The translations under genes and the position numbers were made by a program. A DNA stretch of 64,000 bases from Anthoceros angustus. Its lineage: Eukaryota; Plantae; Anthocerotophyta. Location: positions 682,001-746,000 of the forward strand of contig MU008156.1 in assembly GCA_010909165.1 (NCBI GenBank), written 5' to 3'. This document shows, in pieces, positions 25,801 through 36,976 of the stretch. The notes beneath the pieces were generated by a model, which saw only the letters and a list, made by a program, of their open reading frames with translations, was not told where the DNA came from and ran no database searches. How positions within the stretch are numbered: position 1 is the stretch's first letter; every line of letters begins with the position of its first letter.

Positions 25801-27886
25801 CTCCCTGCCTGTAGCATCGGCAAACCTCGGCTCCTACCGATGAAGCCATCATCTTTGGCGATTTCAACGAGGAGGAGATCGCCCCCTCACTGTTTATGCA
25901 GCCCGTGGCCTCCAGCCCCGGCCGTCGCCCACAGCCTACAGGAGGAGACCACGACGGCTCAGGTTCGGACATTGGAGGCTCTCCCTCCAGCGCACAAGCG
26001 GCTCAACCACCAGCAGCATCTGCTCCCAACTCTGGTCGGAGCGCACAACGGAGGGCTATCCACGCTCCTTAGATCAGCGCACTCCAGGTGCACATCAAGC
26101 AGACCCAATCTTGGCCATCAGTCTTAGCCCCACGGCGTGGAGGAGGACGCACTTCTCCGCTTGCGAGCCAGAGACTCTTTAGGCTCACGAACAGGTGCTC
26201 CTTCTCGGCCATACATCTAGATATTTTCCAAGATATGGATAATGAGCAATTCTCCGCGCTCGGCAGGCATACACACCGTACGAATGCAGGTACTATACGG
26301 AGGTATTCCCCTTCTAATTGGAGGGACTCTAAAATGAATTTGGCATATTGCTTATCTACCGCTATTGATCAATTCGTACCCGCTAATTACCGTGAGGCTA
26401 TTTCATGTCACGAAAGGGAAAATTGAAAAATTTTCATTAAATCAGAATTAGATTCACTTAAGGCTAATAAAATTTGGACTCTTACCACCTTACCTCTAGA
26501 TAGAAAATTAGTAGGATCTAAGTGGATTTAAGATCAAGCTAAATGTAGACGGCAGCATAGAGAGGTATAAAGCTAGGCTCGTGGTAAAAGGGTACTCACA
26601 GGTTAATGGTTACACTCGGATAGCAACATCTACATTAGAAGATCCGATAATCATTTCATCGTGCTAGGAGTCTACGTAGATGATATCGTGCTTAAGTCTA
26701 ATTCTAAGGACATGATAGAAGAAACTAGGTTAATGCTTTCAAAGAAGTTCGCTATGACCACATGCAGGGGCCTAGTCTAGGGATTCAAGTTCTTAGACAT
26801 AGAAAAACTAGTAGCCTATTTATTCATCAATCAAAATATATTCAGGAGATTCTAACTAAGTATAAAATGCCATAAACTAAACCCATATCTTCAGCAATGG
26901 AAGTCAACCTCAAACTTAATACAGCCGATGAGCGACATGGTCAGTACTCCAACACCAATGAGCTTCCCTACTCCTCAGCCGTAGGGAGCCTTATGTATCT
27001 TGTGGTCTGCATAATACTCGACTTGGTGTTTTCAGTGGGAGTCTTATCATAATTTCTAGCTAACCCCACACAAGACCATTGGAAAGCTGTTAAGCGTGTT
27101 TGTAGATACCTTTGGGCTACTTTAGATTTAGAACTTCTATCTCAATCACACACCAAGCAAGACGAGCCCCTTCAGCTCGTAGGTTTCAGCGACGCCGATT
27201 GGGCTGAAAAACTTAATGATAGGAGGAGCACTAGCAGCTATGTCTACCTACTTGGAGGTACAACAACCAGCTGGAGCAACAAAAGACAACAAGTTGTAGC
27301 TCTTAGCTCAACAGAAGCAGAGCATTGTTCCTTAACTCACGCTGGCAAGGAAGGTATTTGGAAGTTGCTAGAACTATCAGAACTAGGGGAACTACAACAT
27401 ATTTCTAGACCTCTTCATTGCGACAATCAGGCAGCCATCTCACTTACTTGTGACCCAAAGTTCCACGCGCGTACCAAACACGTGGGAGTACAATTTCAGT
27501 ATATCAGAAAGGTAGTTGAGGACGGGAAATTTGAAGTGGGCCTCTTCTTCCTGACTGAAAAATAGTTGCCGACGTACTTACCAAGGCTCTTACTACAGCT
27601 AAGCATCAACAACACTCAGCAACATTGGGATTAAGAAGATTATTTTGAAGTCAATAATCAAGCCCAAAATAATCAAACTAGTGTCCGCTTACTAAGTGGG
27701 AGTGTTAAAATGATAGCAAGCTAGGGCACTAGGTAGGGCACGTTTCAATTTAAGCATCCAATAGACACATGTTGAACGGTTACGGTCAAGCACCGTTTCA
27801 CTTTCATACTTCAGACACTTTGCTTGTACACACACTTATTCTCTGATCAATCCAGCGATGTAACTGATTACCATCGAATTATTTTA
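22891..27886 (+). mobile_element. Full-length but decayed Ty1/Copia LTR retrotransposon
   Basis: LTRs 22891-23072 and 27703-27886 (TG...CA/TA, about 20 substitutions by eye). PBS tagtatcagagcc, PPT aagtgggag, TSD atcag/ctcag. Coding motifs: zinc knuckle CNHCKIPSHLYEEC, protease WYIDSRASQHMT, LWHARLGH, KARLVVKGYSQ, YVDD, RNase H SDADWA and CDNQAAI. Many stops and frameshifts. Confidence 0.96.
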
Positions 27887-27891
27887 CTCAG

Positions 27892-28028
27892 AATGTCGGC
27901 AGACCTCTCAGCCAAGGCATCTGTGTCTGCTGATCCCGCCCCTTCAAGCTTGAGGAGGCACTCCCAGGAGAAACGAGGCATTTTATTTTTGAGACTAACA
28001 TCGCTCAACTTTAATGTTGCTTTCTAGA
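27892..28028 (+). pseudogene. Decayed copy of an RH50 exon-2 segment (5' piece)
   Basis: gcagacctctcagccaaggcatctgtgtctgctg...gaaacgagg...tttttgagact...gctttctaga aligns with the reverse complement of about 50775-50915. Confidence 0.85.
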
Positions 28029-29584
28029 TGTAGGAAATTAGGCAGGCCAGGATGCATTAGGCATAGAGAAGAGAGAATAGTTATTCAACAGTGAGCACGC
28101 AATCGGTCTTCCGTTGCATGCTGCCTCTTGGTGAAGAGGTGTGAGTCTCCTCTAAACGGTGTTTGTGCCTAATTGCCATGCTGGTTAATAGCTCTGCTAA
28201 CATAAGATGTCTGCATATTCTAATACTTCCCCTGAGATGCGACATGTTAGTGGAATGGGCATTAGTCTCCAAATCAAAGTCTAGATCAAAGTCTTGAGCG
28301 CAGCATAGGCTTTCGGTTCCATGACGTCATCTCTCCCTAAGTGGACGGCTCCTCCTCAAATCGATGGCCAGGATGAAGAGGTGCACATGGACGGCGAGCT
28401 GCAGCCACTTCACAGACAATGGTGCTTGCTCCCGTGCTACCTTCCCCCAAGGGCCATGCGAAGGTTGGAACGGACGAGACGAGGCCGGCAGACAACTCGG
28501 AAAGGGGGAGAAGTTAGTATGAGGCTTCACGGGGCAGCGAAGATAAACATTCCGGCTATGTTCAATTTCCTTCAACAACAGGAAGGAAGAGCAGAACCGA
28601 GAACAAAGAGCCTACCGAACGGAGGACAAGTGGCAATAAGGTGGTGAGAGGAATCAAAAAGTCTACACTGGTCCGAAGCAAACGAAAAGGTGTAGCCGGA
28701 CTCAAGAGCTTGATCGACGGTTATGATGTTCCTGGTCAAGTGAGGAACGTAAAGCACGTTAGGGAAAGCTATTACCTCATCGTCGGGCAAAATGATGGTC
28801 ATTGTACCTGAGCCCTGTATGGCGTAGTGAGAATGATCGCTAAGATGAACAGAGGTTGTAACTTGTGCTGGGTTGGAAGGAGATGTACAAATCTCAGAGG
28901 CTCGTCATGTGGTGGGTTGCACCTGTATCGACAAACTCAATGTGGAAATCCAACAATGGGTTAGAGCATGTGAGAAACAAATGAGCGCCGTGAGTGATGG
29001 TGCTGGCAGAGGGTGGCTCCCTTATGTCTGCTTGTCTCTTGAGGCAATCACGTTGGTGATGTCCAAGCTGCAAGCAGTAGAAGCAATTCCCTATCTTGCG
29101 CTTGTTATTAGGGTGAGGGGCTAGGGGGTTGCCCTTGCCGAATCCTCCAAAGTACCGCCCTCGATAAGGGCCGGGCCTACCCCGGGTGAAGAGAGTGATA
29201 TCTTCGGGGGCTGCGGTATGGGCTGCCTTCCACCGCTGCTTCTTTTGTTTCAACGGCGAGATAGTCTCGTCCAACGGCCTTGGATTCGTCGTTTGCGTCA
29301 TTACCAAAGCTAACCATGAAGGGGGCATGCTCTACAGCATTTGCACAGAAGCATCGTGGTCGGACACGGTGGTGCCCGCCAACTCCACTGAATCCTTTAA
29401 GTTCATGAACTTGTTCACGAACTGCTCAACCAATTCGTTCTCTAACATACGGAGGTTGTAGAACTCCCGTGTCAAGAAACACTTATTCACGGCATTGTCG
29501 AGGACATACTTCTTCTTCAAGATGTCCCCAGCCTCCTCGGAGGTTGGCAGATGCCGAACCACGCTCAGCTGAGAATCCTTCACA

Positions 29585-32500
29585 TAGAGTAGGATGTTTG
29601 CTCATGCCCTACGATCTTTTGAGTCCCATTCGGACTTGTTTCCAAAGCTTGTCACGGGGGTATGGACGATTTTGCCTCCCAGTGTCGCAGGTGGAGTGAC
29701 AAGCCTCCCGATCCGACAATGCTAAATAGGTCTTCTCAAAGTAGAAACACCTCAAATTTGCGACTCCAAGGAGAGTAATTAATACCATCAAAGAAATTAA
29801 CGAGCTTGCTTACGGAATTGGAGGATGTCATTTGTAGAGAAAGGACCACTTAAAAGATAATACCTAACACTAATGATAATCACCTAAGAAAAATAGTTAG
29901 GTGGTAGCTAATAATTCAATACGATAGAGTATTGAAGATAGCTATGGGAGGTGAGGGAAGTGATTTAATGAAGGAAATGGTATCCTATTAGGAAACAAAT
30001 AAGATAGTGGAAAAGTGGAGGCAAGGTTCTCGAGAGGGGAGGGTTGGTTGCCCCCAAACACCGGTCAAACCGGTAGGAGCGCACCGCCTGCGCCCGCCGC
30101 TTGATGATTGGGCGCGCTGCTCGCATGCCGCACCGTTCACCGCAAGTCGCCGATGTGACCGTGGTGGGGCATCGACGCATCCCTCCCCGCCTCCCTCCCG
30201 GCACCGGTTTGCCCCGCACGCCGATTGCGAGCGGGCATGGGCAGCTGGCGTGAGCGACGCTGCGGCCTCGCCTACTAACTCCAGCGCATGGCGATGGGTG
30301 CCACGAAATTCCTCGTGAAAATTATCGAATCCTCTGGGATGCCTGCGCCAAGGGCCTTAGTTGGTGTGCACATATGTTGAGACTTTTGGGATGGATTGGT
30401 CCTCAACCGTGACCCGTGAGAGGGGCATTTGGGTCTTAGACAAAGGCATGACGATAATCTCACAATTTCTTCACTTGATGGCAAAATTTGGATCGGATTG
30501 TTGGCTGTGTCACCTAGGCCGTCGGATAGATCGCCAAGGCTAAGGCATCAAATCCTACAAGTTCTTTTGGCAAATCCCGTTTCAAAGTGGTGCTTGTGGG
30601 CGTCTAGAGGCATTCACCCGTGTTCATGAATGTCGTGAGGCCTACAGAGGATATGCAGGACTACATTCTCAACCCCGCTGGTGATAGCATAAAGGAAATC
30701 GAGCTAGGATGCCTCTAGGTAGATAGATGAGAGAATAGTTATTCAAGAGTGAGCAAACAGTCGGTCCTATGTTGCTTGCTATCTCCTAGTGAAGAGCTGT
30801 GAGTCTTCTCCTCCAAACGGTGTATGTGCCTAACTTTATGCTGGCTAATGCATATTCCAATGGGGGTTTCAAACTTATGTAAAACGAGGCTGATATCGAA
30901 ATGCGAACTTGTGCGTATCAACTCTCATATGCAAAGAAATGCACGCTGATATCGCGAAATCATATCCACATGCCCGACCCTGCTGGATATTTATATCAAC
31001 TAAGCCGGGTCGCGATATCAATGTTCGATGCCGGGACAGGGGTGCTTGCAAGCACCCCGGTTACACGCAACTTGTTTTTAGTTCGAGCCAAGTTGTTGGC
31101 CATGGTGCCACCTCCATGCCCTCACGATCTTTTGAGTCCCATTCGGACTTGTTTCCAAAGCTTGTCACGGGGGTATGGACGATTTTGCCTCCCAGTGTCG
31201 CAGGTGGAGTGACAAGCCTCGGCTCAGTCCCGTCGACAATGCTAAATAGGTCTTCTCAAAGTAGAAACACCTCAAATTTGCGACTCCAAGGAGAGTAATT
31301 AATACCATCAAAGAAATTAACGAGCTTGCTTACGGAATTGGAGGATGTCATTTGTAGAGAAAGGACCACTTAAAAGATAATACCTAACACTAATGATAAT
31401 CACCTAAGAAAAATAGTTAGGTGGTAGCTAATAATTCAATACGATAGAGTATTGAAGATAGCTATGGGAGGTGAGGGAAGTGATTTAATGAAGGAAATGG
31501 TATCCTATTAGGAAACAAATAAGATAGTGGAAAAGTGGAGGCAAGGTTCTCGAGAGGGAGGGTTGGTTGCCCCAAACACCGGTCAAACCGGTAGGAGCGC
31601 ACCGCCTGCGCCCGCCGCTTGATGATTGGGCGCTGCTCAGATGCCGCGCCGTTCACCGCAAGTCGCCGGATGTGACCTGGGTGACCGCATCCCTCCCCCG
31701 CCTCCCTCCCGGCACCGGTTTGCCCCGTCGATTGGCGGCGGGCATGGGCCGATTGGCCGCCGTGAGCGAGCGCGACGCGTGCCCTGCCTACTAACTCCAG
31801 CGCATGGCGATGGGTGCCACGAAATTCCTCAGGAAAATTATCGAATCCTACAGCGGGATGCCGGTCGCCAAGGGCGCCTTAGTTGGTGTGCACATATGTT
31901 GAGACTTTTGGGATGGATTGGTCCTCAACCGTGACCCGTGAGAGGGGCATTTGGGTCTTAGACAAAGGCATGACGATAATCTCACAATTTCTTCACTTGA
32001 TGGCAAAATTTGGACTGGATTGTTGGCCACAGGTGTCACCTAGGCCGTCGGATAGATCGCCAAGGCTAAGGCATCAAATCCTACAAGTTCTTTTGGCAAA
32101 TCCCCGTTTCAAAGTGGTGCTTGTGGGCCAGTCTAGAGGCATTCACCCGGTGTTCATGAATGTCAGGTGAGGCCTACGGCGAGGATATGCAGGGACTACA
32201 TTCTCAACCCTGCTTTGCAGATAGCATAAAGGAAATCAGGCAGGCTAGGATGCCTCTAGGTAGATAGATGAGAGAATAGTTATTCAAGAGTGAGCAAACA
32301 GTCGGTCCTATGTTGCTTGCTATCTCCTAGTGAAGAGCTGTGAGTCTTCTCCTCCAAACGGTGTATGTGCCTAACTTTATGCTGGCTAATGCATATTCCA
32401 ATGGGGGTTTCAAACTTATGTAAAGAGGTCGATATCGAATGCGAACTTGTGCGTATCAACTCTCATATGCAAAGAAATGCACGCTGATATCGCGAAATCA

Positions 32501-32656
32501 TATCCACATGCCCGACCCTGCTGGATATTTATATCAACTAAGCCGGGTCGCGATATCAATGTTCGATGCCGGGACAGGGGTGCTTGCAAGCACCCCGGTT
32601 ACACGCAACTTGTTTTTAGTTCGAGCCAAGTTGTTGGCCATGGTGCCACCTCCATG
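29585..32656. repeat. About 1.5-kb tandem duplication (29585-31118 / 31119-32656)
   Basis: Colinear copies with the junction at catgc microhomology. Differences are mostly 1-3 bp indels. Confidence 0.9.
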
Positions 32657-32834
32657 CTGCAATGCCAAGGTCTCCGCCACATTGCAGATGCGTAACTCTG
32701 CCAAGACGCTATCGCCACATTGAGACGCGTGACTCACGCATGCGTTTGGCAAGGCTTCACTTAGCTCTCTTGGCTGCTACTGGCTGCAATTTTGTGGGTG
32801 CTCTTCCTTTGGCTGAACGGGTCTTCTAGCAAAC

Positions 32835-33410
32835 ATGCCATATAGATCAAAGACACAGCAGTTCCTGAGCGACCTTACCAAGTGGATTGCTTTGGCTGCT
32901 GCTGATGACTCATCTTCTGAATCCTCTGAAGATGATGAAGATGTGGCTGGGGATCCTTTTTTCCTCACTTATGCCTCTTGTTATTTATCTGTCCGAGAGC
33001 CTAAGCATCGTTCTGTGCACTTTTTTCTGTGTTCTTTCTCAATAATTGGTGACGACGAATTTAGGTAATTATTTTCTACATCCTACCAAGGCTTCATGTC
33101 GCTCTTTACAGTCCTTGAATGCCATCCAATCTTCAACAATGATTCCAGGAGTTCCCAAACAACCCCAACTTAGCAATTGGCTTTGACCCTCTGTAGGTTA
33201 GGTGCCAACGGCAAGGAGCTAGCGTGGGCAAGATGCAAGCCATATGTGGTGTTGGGCCAGGAATTGTTTTCCTATTCACCAACAAAGTGATAGAAGCTAT
33301 ACTTGCACAATTTCAAGTATGGGTGAAATGGCCTGCTGCAGGACGACGACGTGTGGTTGGTCGTGTCATGCAAGAGGAAGGTTTTCCAGTATTGCATAGG
33401 GGCTCGCCAA
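32835..33410 (+). pseudogene. Truncated Harbinger (HARBI1/DDE_Tnp_4-type) transposase
   Basis: Reads QLALTLCRLGANG..ASVGKMQAICGVGPGIVFLFTNKVIEAI...WVKWP...EEGFP.CIGA and is cut off just before the first catalytic Asp. Contains stops. Confidence 0.8.
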
Positions 33411-33417
33411 CACTTGT

Positions 33418-33615
33418 CTAGCCAGGCACACCAAAACATAAGGCATAATTGGGCAGATGCTTCAGCCAAGTGACAATGCGTTCATAATCCTCTTGTTGCA
33501 AATTTGGTTTCTTCCCAATAGCAAGGGCATCTTTCTTTCTCCTTGAATTTGTAGAAAAAGAAGCCGGCAGGTCGGGTTGTCTTAGGAGAATGTACCTCCA
33601 ATATGCATTGGACAC
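33418..33615 (-). pseudogene. Possible fragment of the Harbinger ORF2 (DNA-binding partner)
   Basis: KKPNLQQEDYERIVTWLKHLPNYALCFG lies convergent with the transposase. The assignment is by arrangement and is an inference. Confidence 0.35.
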
Positions 33616-33710
33616 GACCTGAACGGAAGAAGGAAAAGACCTTCACTGACCAGGCCTTAGGTAGAGACAAATTACAGTAGGTGTAAACTTGTACACAAGT
33701 GGGGTGCATC

Positions 33711-34429
33711 TCAGTTCACTAACTTGATATATCTGTCTAGAACTAGTGGGGCAGCTACTATTACTACACCCAGTATAAATCCCAATGTGAATCCAAGTGC
33801 AAAAATGTTCGAATTCATCACCTGTGTAGCTACCAAAATAAATTCTCTGCCACTGTTGCCTGCATCAACCTGCATTGGGGTAGCTACTAGACTTGTATAC
33901 AATTCTATGACATCTGGAATGCATTGGTGTCGTGGTGTGGTTGGATTCACAACAAGCATGTCATGGAATAATTGTCGACGACCAATGGCATCTGCCCTGT
34001 CCACCCTTATGAACAATTGCCTCCCGTTTTTGGGATGGATAATGCTGAACTTGCAGCAAAATCTTTGTCCCACCAATTGATCAAGGAGTGTAGTAGCTTG
34101 ACTGCTCACCTCCAACAGACTATATTTAGTAGCAGACCGGTGAAGGAAGTCTTGTGCAGAATCAACAGCAACCACCAGTGTCTCTGCCATGCCATCCCCC
34201 ACTATGAACCGAAAATGAAATAGCAGCTTCCTTGTTGCAGATTGCAAACTACAGCGGCCGCATCTGCCACTACGCAGCTTTCTGTGGCAACTTGCACAGC
34301 CTCGTATAGCACAAAGTCATCACTGTCGTATGATACCACCACAATCGTCGCTCCGACAAATTGTAGCTCATCCCCAGCATTCCTTGCTGCAATTAGATCG
34401 GCTACAGTGGCAGTCTTATGTGAAGACAT
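33711..34429 (-). CDS. RPA1-C-like OB-fold protein with hydrophobic C-terminal segment (1-bp frameshift in a T run near 34215)
   Basis: The joined ORFs give YFIFRFIVGDGMAETLVVAVDSAQDFLHRSA...LLDQLVGQRFCCKFSII, matching the RPA1 DBD-C pattern by eye. The protein ends IFALGFTLGFILGVVIVAAPLVL. Confidence 0.5.
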
Positions 34430-34504
34430 GCCTTAATCGAATGAACGAACCTCCTCAGCGAACCACGAAAAATATTTGCTAAGGACATTGAGCATCGCTG
34501 TGGA

Positions 34505-36090
34505 GGTAGTCACGGGTAGGGCAGCTGCCAGGCGGTGAGGCGGGGAGATAACCGGGTCAGGTGCTTACCCGGGCGCACGCTCGGTGTGCGGGTGGCCTCG
34601 ATCGGTTTGATGTGTGTAAGAGAGAGAGAGCCGCACGGACGGGGCTCAACGGTCGAGGTCTGTCGTCCTTTGCCATCAATCATTTGTGAAGAATAGGCGA
34701 CGGCAATTTGAACATGGTAGCTAGTGGCACTTGCAAACATCCGAACCGACCTGAACAACACTTGCAATCGCTACTAGCGGTGGCATCACTGGTGCCAATC
34801 CCGACCTGAATGCCACGGCTTCGCTGCTTAGCCAAGCCGAGGAGGCAACAAACGGAGGAGCCAGGTTTGGATTTGTGAAAGATACCGCTTGCAGCTGCGG
34901 GCAGGAGGTGACCCACTATTTTTCTGAGCTCGTTGCATCGCACATTGACAAATCAAGGGACTCAGCATCTGGTTAGTGAGTGCTGATGTGATCCTGGGTT
35001 TGTCTATGCTCAGATGGTTATGATCCACCATTAACTTAGATTTGTGAGTGCTTTGAAGAGCTCAACACCTTCACTCAGGACAAAACGTGATGGTAGCAGC
35101 TTGCCAGTGTGTCATCTATACTCCTACGATAATAATTCAATACCACCTACATTTGCTATGATGTGAAAGCCAGTATGGGCGGATATTTTTTGTTTTAATA
35201 ATTCGCTGATGCAACCGGCACTTTTTGAGTGTCACGTTTTGGTACAGGAGGAGCATTTTGGTATTGTTCCTTGGAGGCTACCCTACTTCTGCTGCTTGCT
35301 GGGCCTCCTCTTCAGCTAGTGATTTTTGTTACCTTTGTTCTACTTAGGGCTATATTGGGCTTGAAACTTTGATTGTACAAATAGTAAAAAATGGAAGAAT
35401 CCCTCCTTCCAAGCAATCCGAGCCCACCCACAATTATCGACGGTCAGTTGGTTGATATTGATATTGACAATGACAATGACAATGACACATTGACAATGAC
35501 CGTCGATATCGTTGACAATGACACACCACACATTCAGATACTTGTGTGGGCCTTATAACGTTCTTGGGAGCTTTCTTCGAAATCCAAAGATACAGCTTGC
35601 TGAACTTTGTCGGGAACCTAGCGCTTTGTGCTTCCCCTTCCACGAAATCCACCACCCGACAAGTTGGAATGTAGGCCCTAAGCACTTGTTCCTGAACTTT
35701 CTTCCGCCCACATTCATGAGTGCCCAGCGCCTACGACAAGGCTTCTTTGGCAAATGCACCATCTGGTGGCGTCTGCACCACCAAGTCTCGGAGCTTCTCA
35801 TCCGGACAGCAAGCGATCTGATCATGGTTTCCAATGTGTTCGGCGCTGCAAAATCCCACAGCCGTGAACGTGTTCAAGTTCCTTTGCGCACTTAATATTT
35901 AGTCACGGGAGATTGAGCGATCCGGTAGGGCAGCGGCGCGCGTGAAGGCGGGCGGGCTGCGTTCGGTGTCAGCTGGCCTCGGTTCGGTTTGATGTGTGTA
36001 AGAGAGAGAGAGCCGTACGGACGGGGCTCAACGGTCGAGGTTTGTCGTCCTTTGCCATAAATCGTTTGTTAAGAATAGGTGACGGCGTTC
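34505..36090. repeat. About 190-bp direct repeats (34505-34700 and 35905-36090) upstream of two minus-strand cargo ORFs
   Basis: cggtttgatgtgtgtaagagagagagagccg...ggacggggctcaacggtcgagg...gtcgtcctttgcc...aagaatagg...gacggc is present twice. Confidence 0.85.
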
Positions 36091-36369
36091 AAATTAAGCT
36101 GGAGCAGTGCCACTAGCACGGAACCAGTGTGCACAACCTGTTGTGGTCCCGCCAAACTGGTGTGCAACGCGCTGGGACATATACGCTGTTTACAAGGAAA
36201 ATTTCAGAGGGGGTATTCATGATTGAACGGGCTGATATGCCGTTAGCCGGGGGGTTATATGAGAGGTGAGCGCGCCTCGAAATGAGGCTGATATTTTTTT
36301 CGCGTGTCCTAACCTTAAAACCCCCTCATGTGTGCATATTCCAATACCAGATTCTATATGTACACATGT

Positions 36370-36815
36370 GTGACGTGACGGCGTGAGGACAATGCACCTT
36401 TCTGTACAGGGGTTGCAAGCTTGTACTTTTCAAAAGTGAAATTCAGGATGTTCGTTTTCTTGTCCTTCTCCTGCAGCTATGGTGGAGATCATGGACAAAG
36501 AGGATGCAGAAACATCAACGAGCTATCAAACCGCCAGTGAGATGGCATCAACCACAGGGCACCTTAGATATGAAAGATCTACAAAATCGGGTGCAAAATC
36601 TTCAACAGCTGCCACGGGGATGCAGAAGTCCTGCAACGTTGGTCCAGGCACGTAGCCATATGGGGACAACGCTGACTCTGGAGATGGCTTGCCTGGGAAA
36701 GATCTGAGGGAGGTTAAATCAAAAGTCCCTGTCAGGCAATCAAGGAGCAACTATAGTGCGGGTTAAGCGTTTGGTGGTCCTGGTTCCAACAAACGAACTG
36801 GCGAATCAGGTTGAA
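36370..36815 (+). pseudogene. Decayed copy of RH50 intron + exon 3, fused to the motif-Ia exon (3' piece)
   Basis: Aligns with the reverse complement of about 50400-50780 (cagctat.gt.gagatcat.gacaaagaggatg...caatcaaggagcaactat), then jumps to gtggtcctggttccaacaaacga.ctggc.aatcaggttg (about 49910-49955). Confidence 0.88.
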
Positions 36816-36976
36816 TGCGATACGTATCAAACTCATAATTATAATCACCCCCACCAGCCTTATCCCGGTCAGCAACGGCAAGAGATCACTCGTCTAAGCA
36901 TTCAGTCGATCTAAAGTCCTACATGTACCAGGGGTCTAGCTCACCTGACTTGCATATACATTATACGCAAACACAG

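Larger units (their letters stand above)
32403..36325. mobile_element. PIF/Harbinger-like DNA transposon derivative
   Basis: Short imperfect TIRs GGGGGTTTCAA (32403; duplicated at 30862) and TTAAAACCCCC (ends 36325), plus a truncated transposase and a convergent ORF2-like fragment. TSD not resolved. Confidence 0.7.
28029..36346 (-). mobile_element. Internally deleted Copia element with nested Harbinger and tandem duplication
   Basis: 3' LTR 28029-28225 with PPT aggggaag (minus). 5' LTR about 30690-30861, duplicated about 32230-32402, outer end 36326-36346. TSD ctaga (28024-28028) / ccaga (36347-36351). Motifs: gag NFFDGINYSPWSRKFEVFL, UBN2-like FLTREFYNLRM, CFYCLQLGHHQRDC and protease FVDTGATHHMT. 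Integrase core and RT are missing. Confidence 0.88.

Noticed and set aside
26290-26900. TA-rich, RIP-like hypermutation in the Copia RT region
   Set aside because: Consistent with ordinary deamination of methylated TE DNA; no context bias could be shown by eye.
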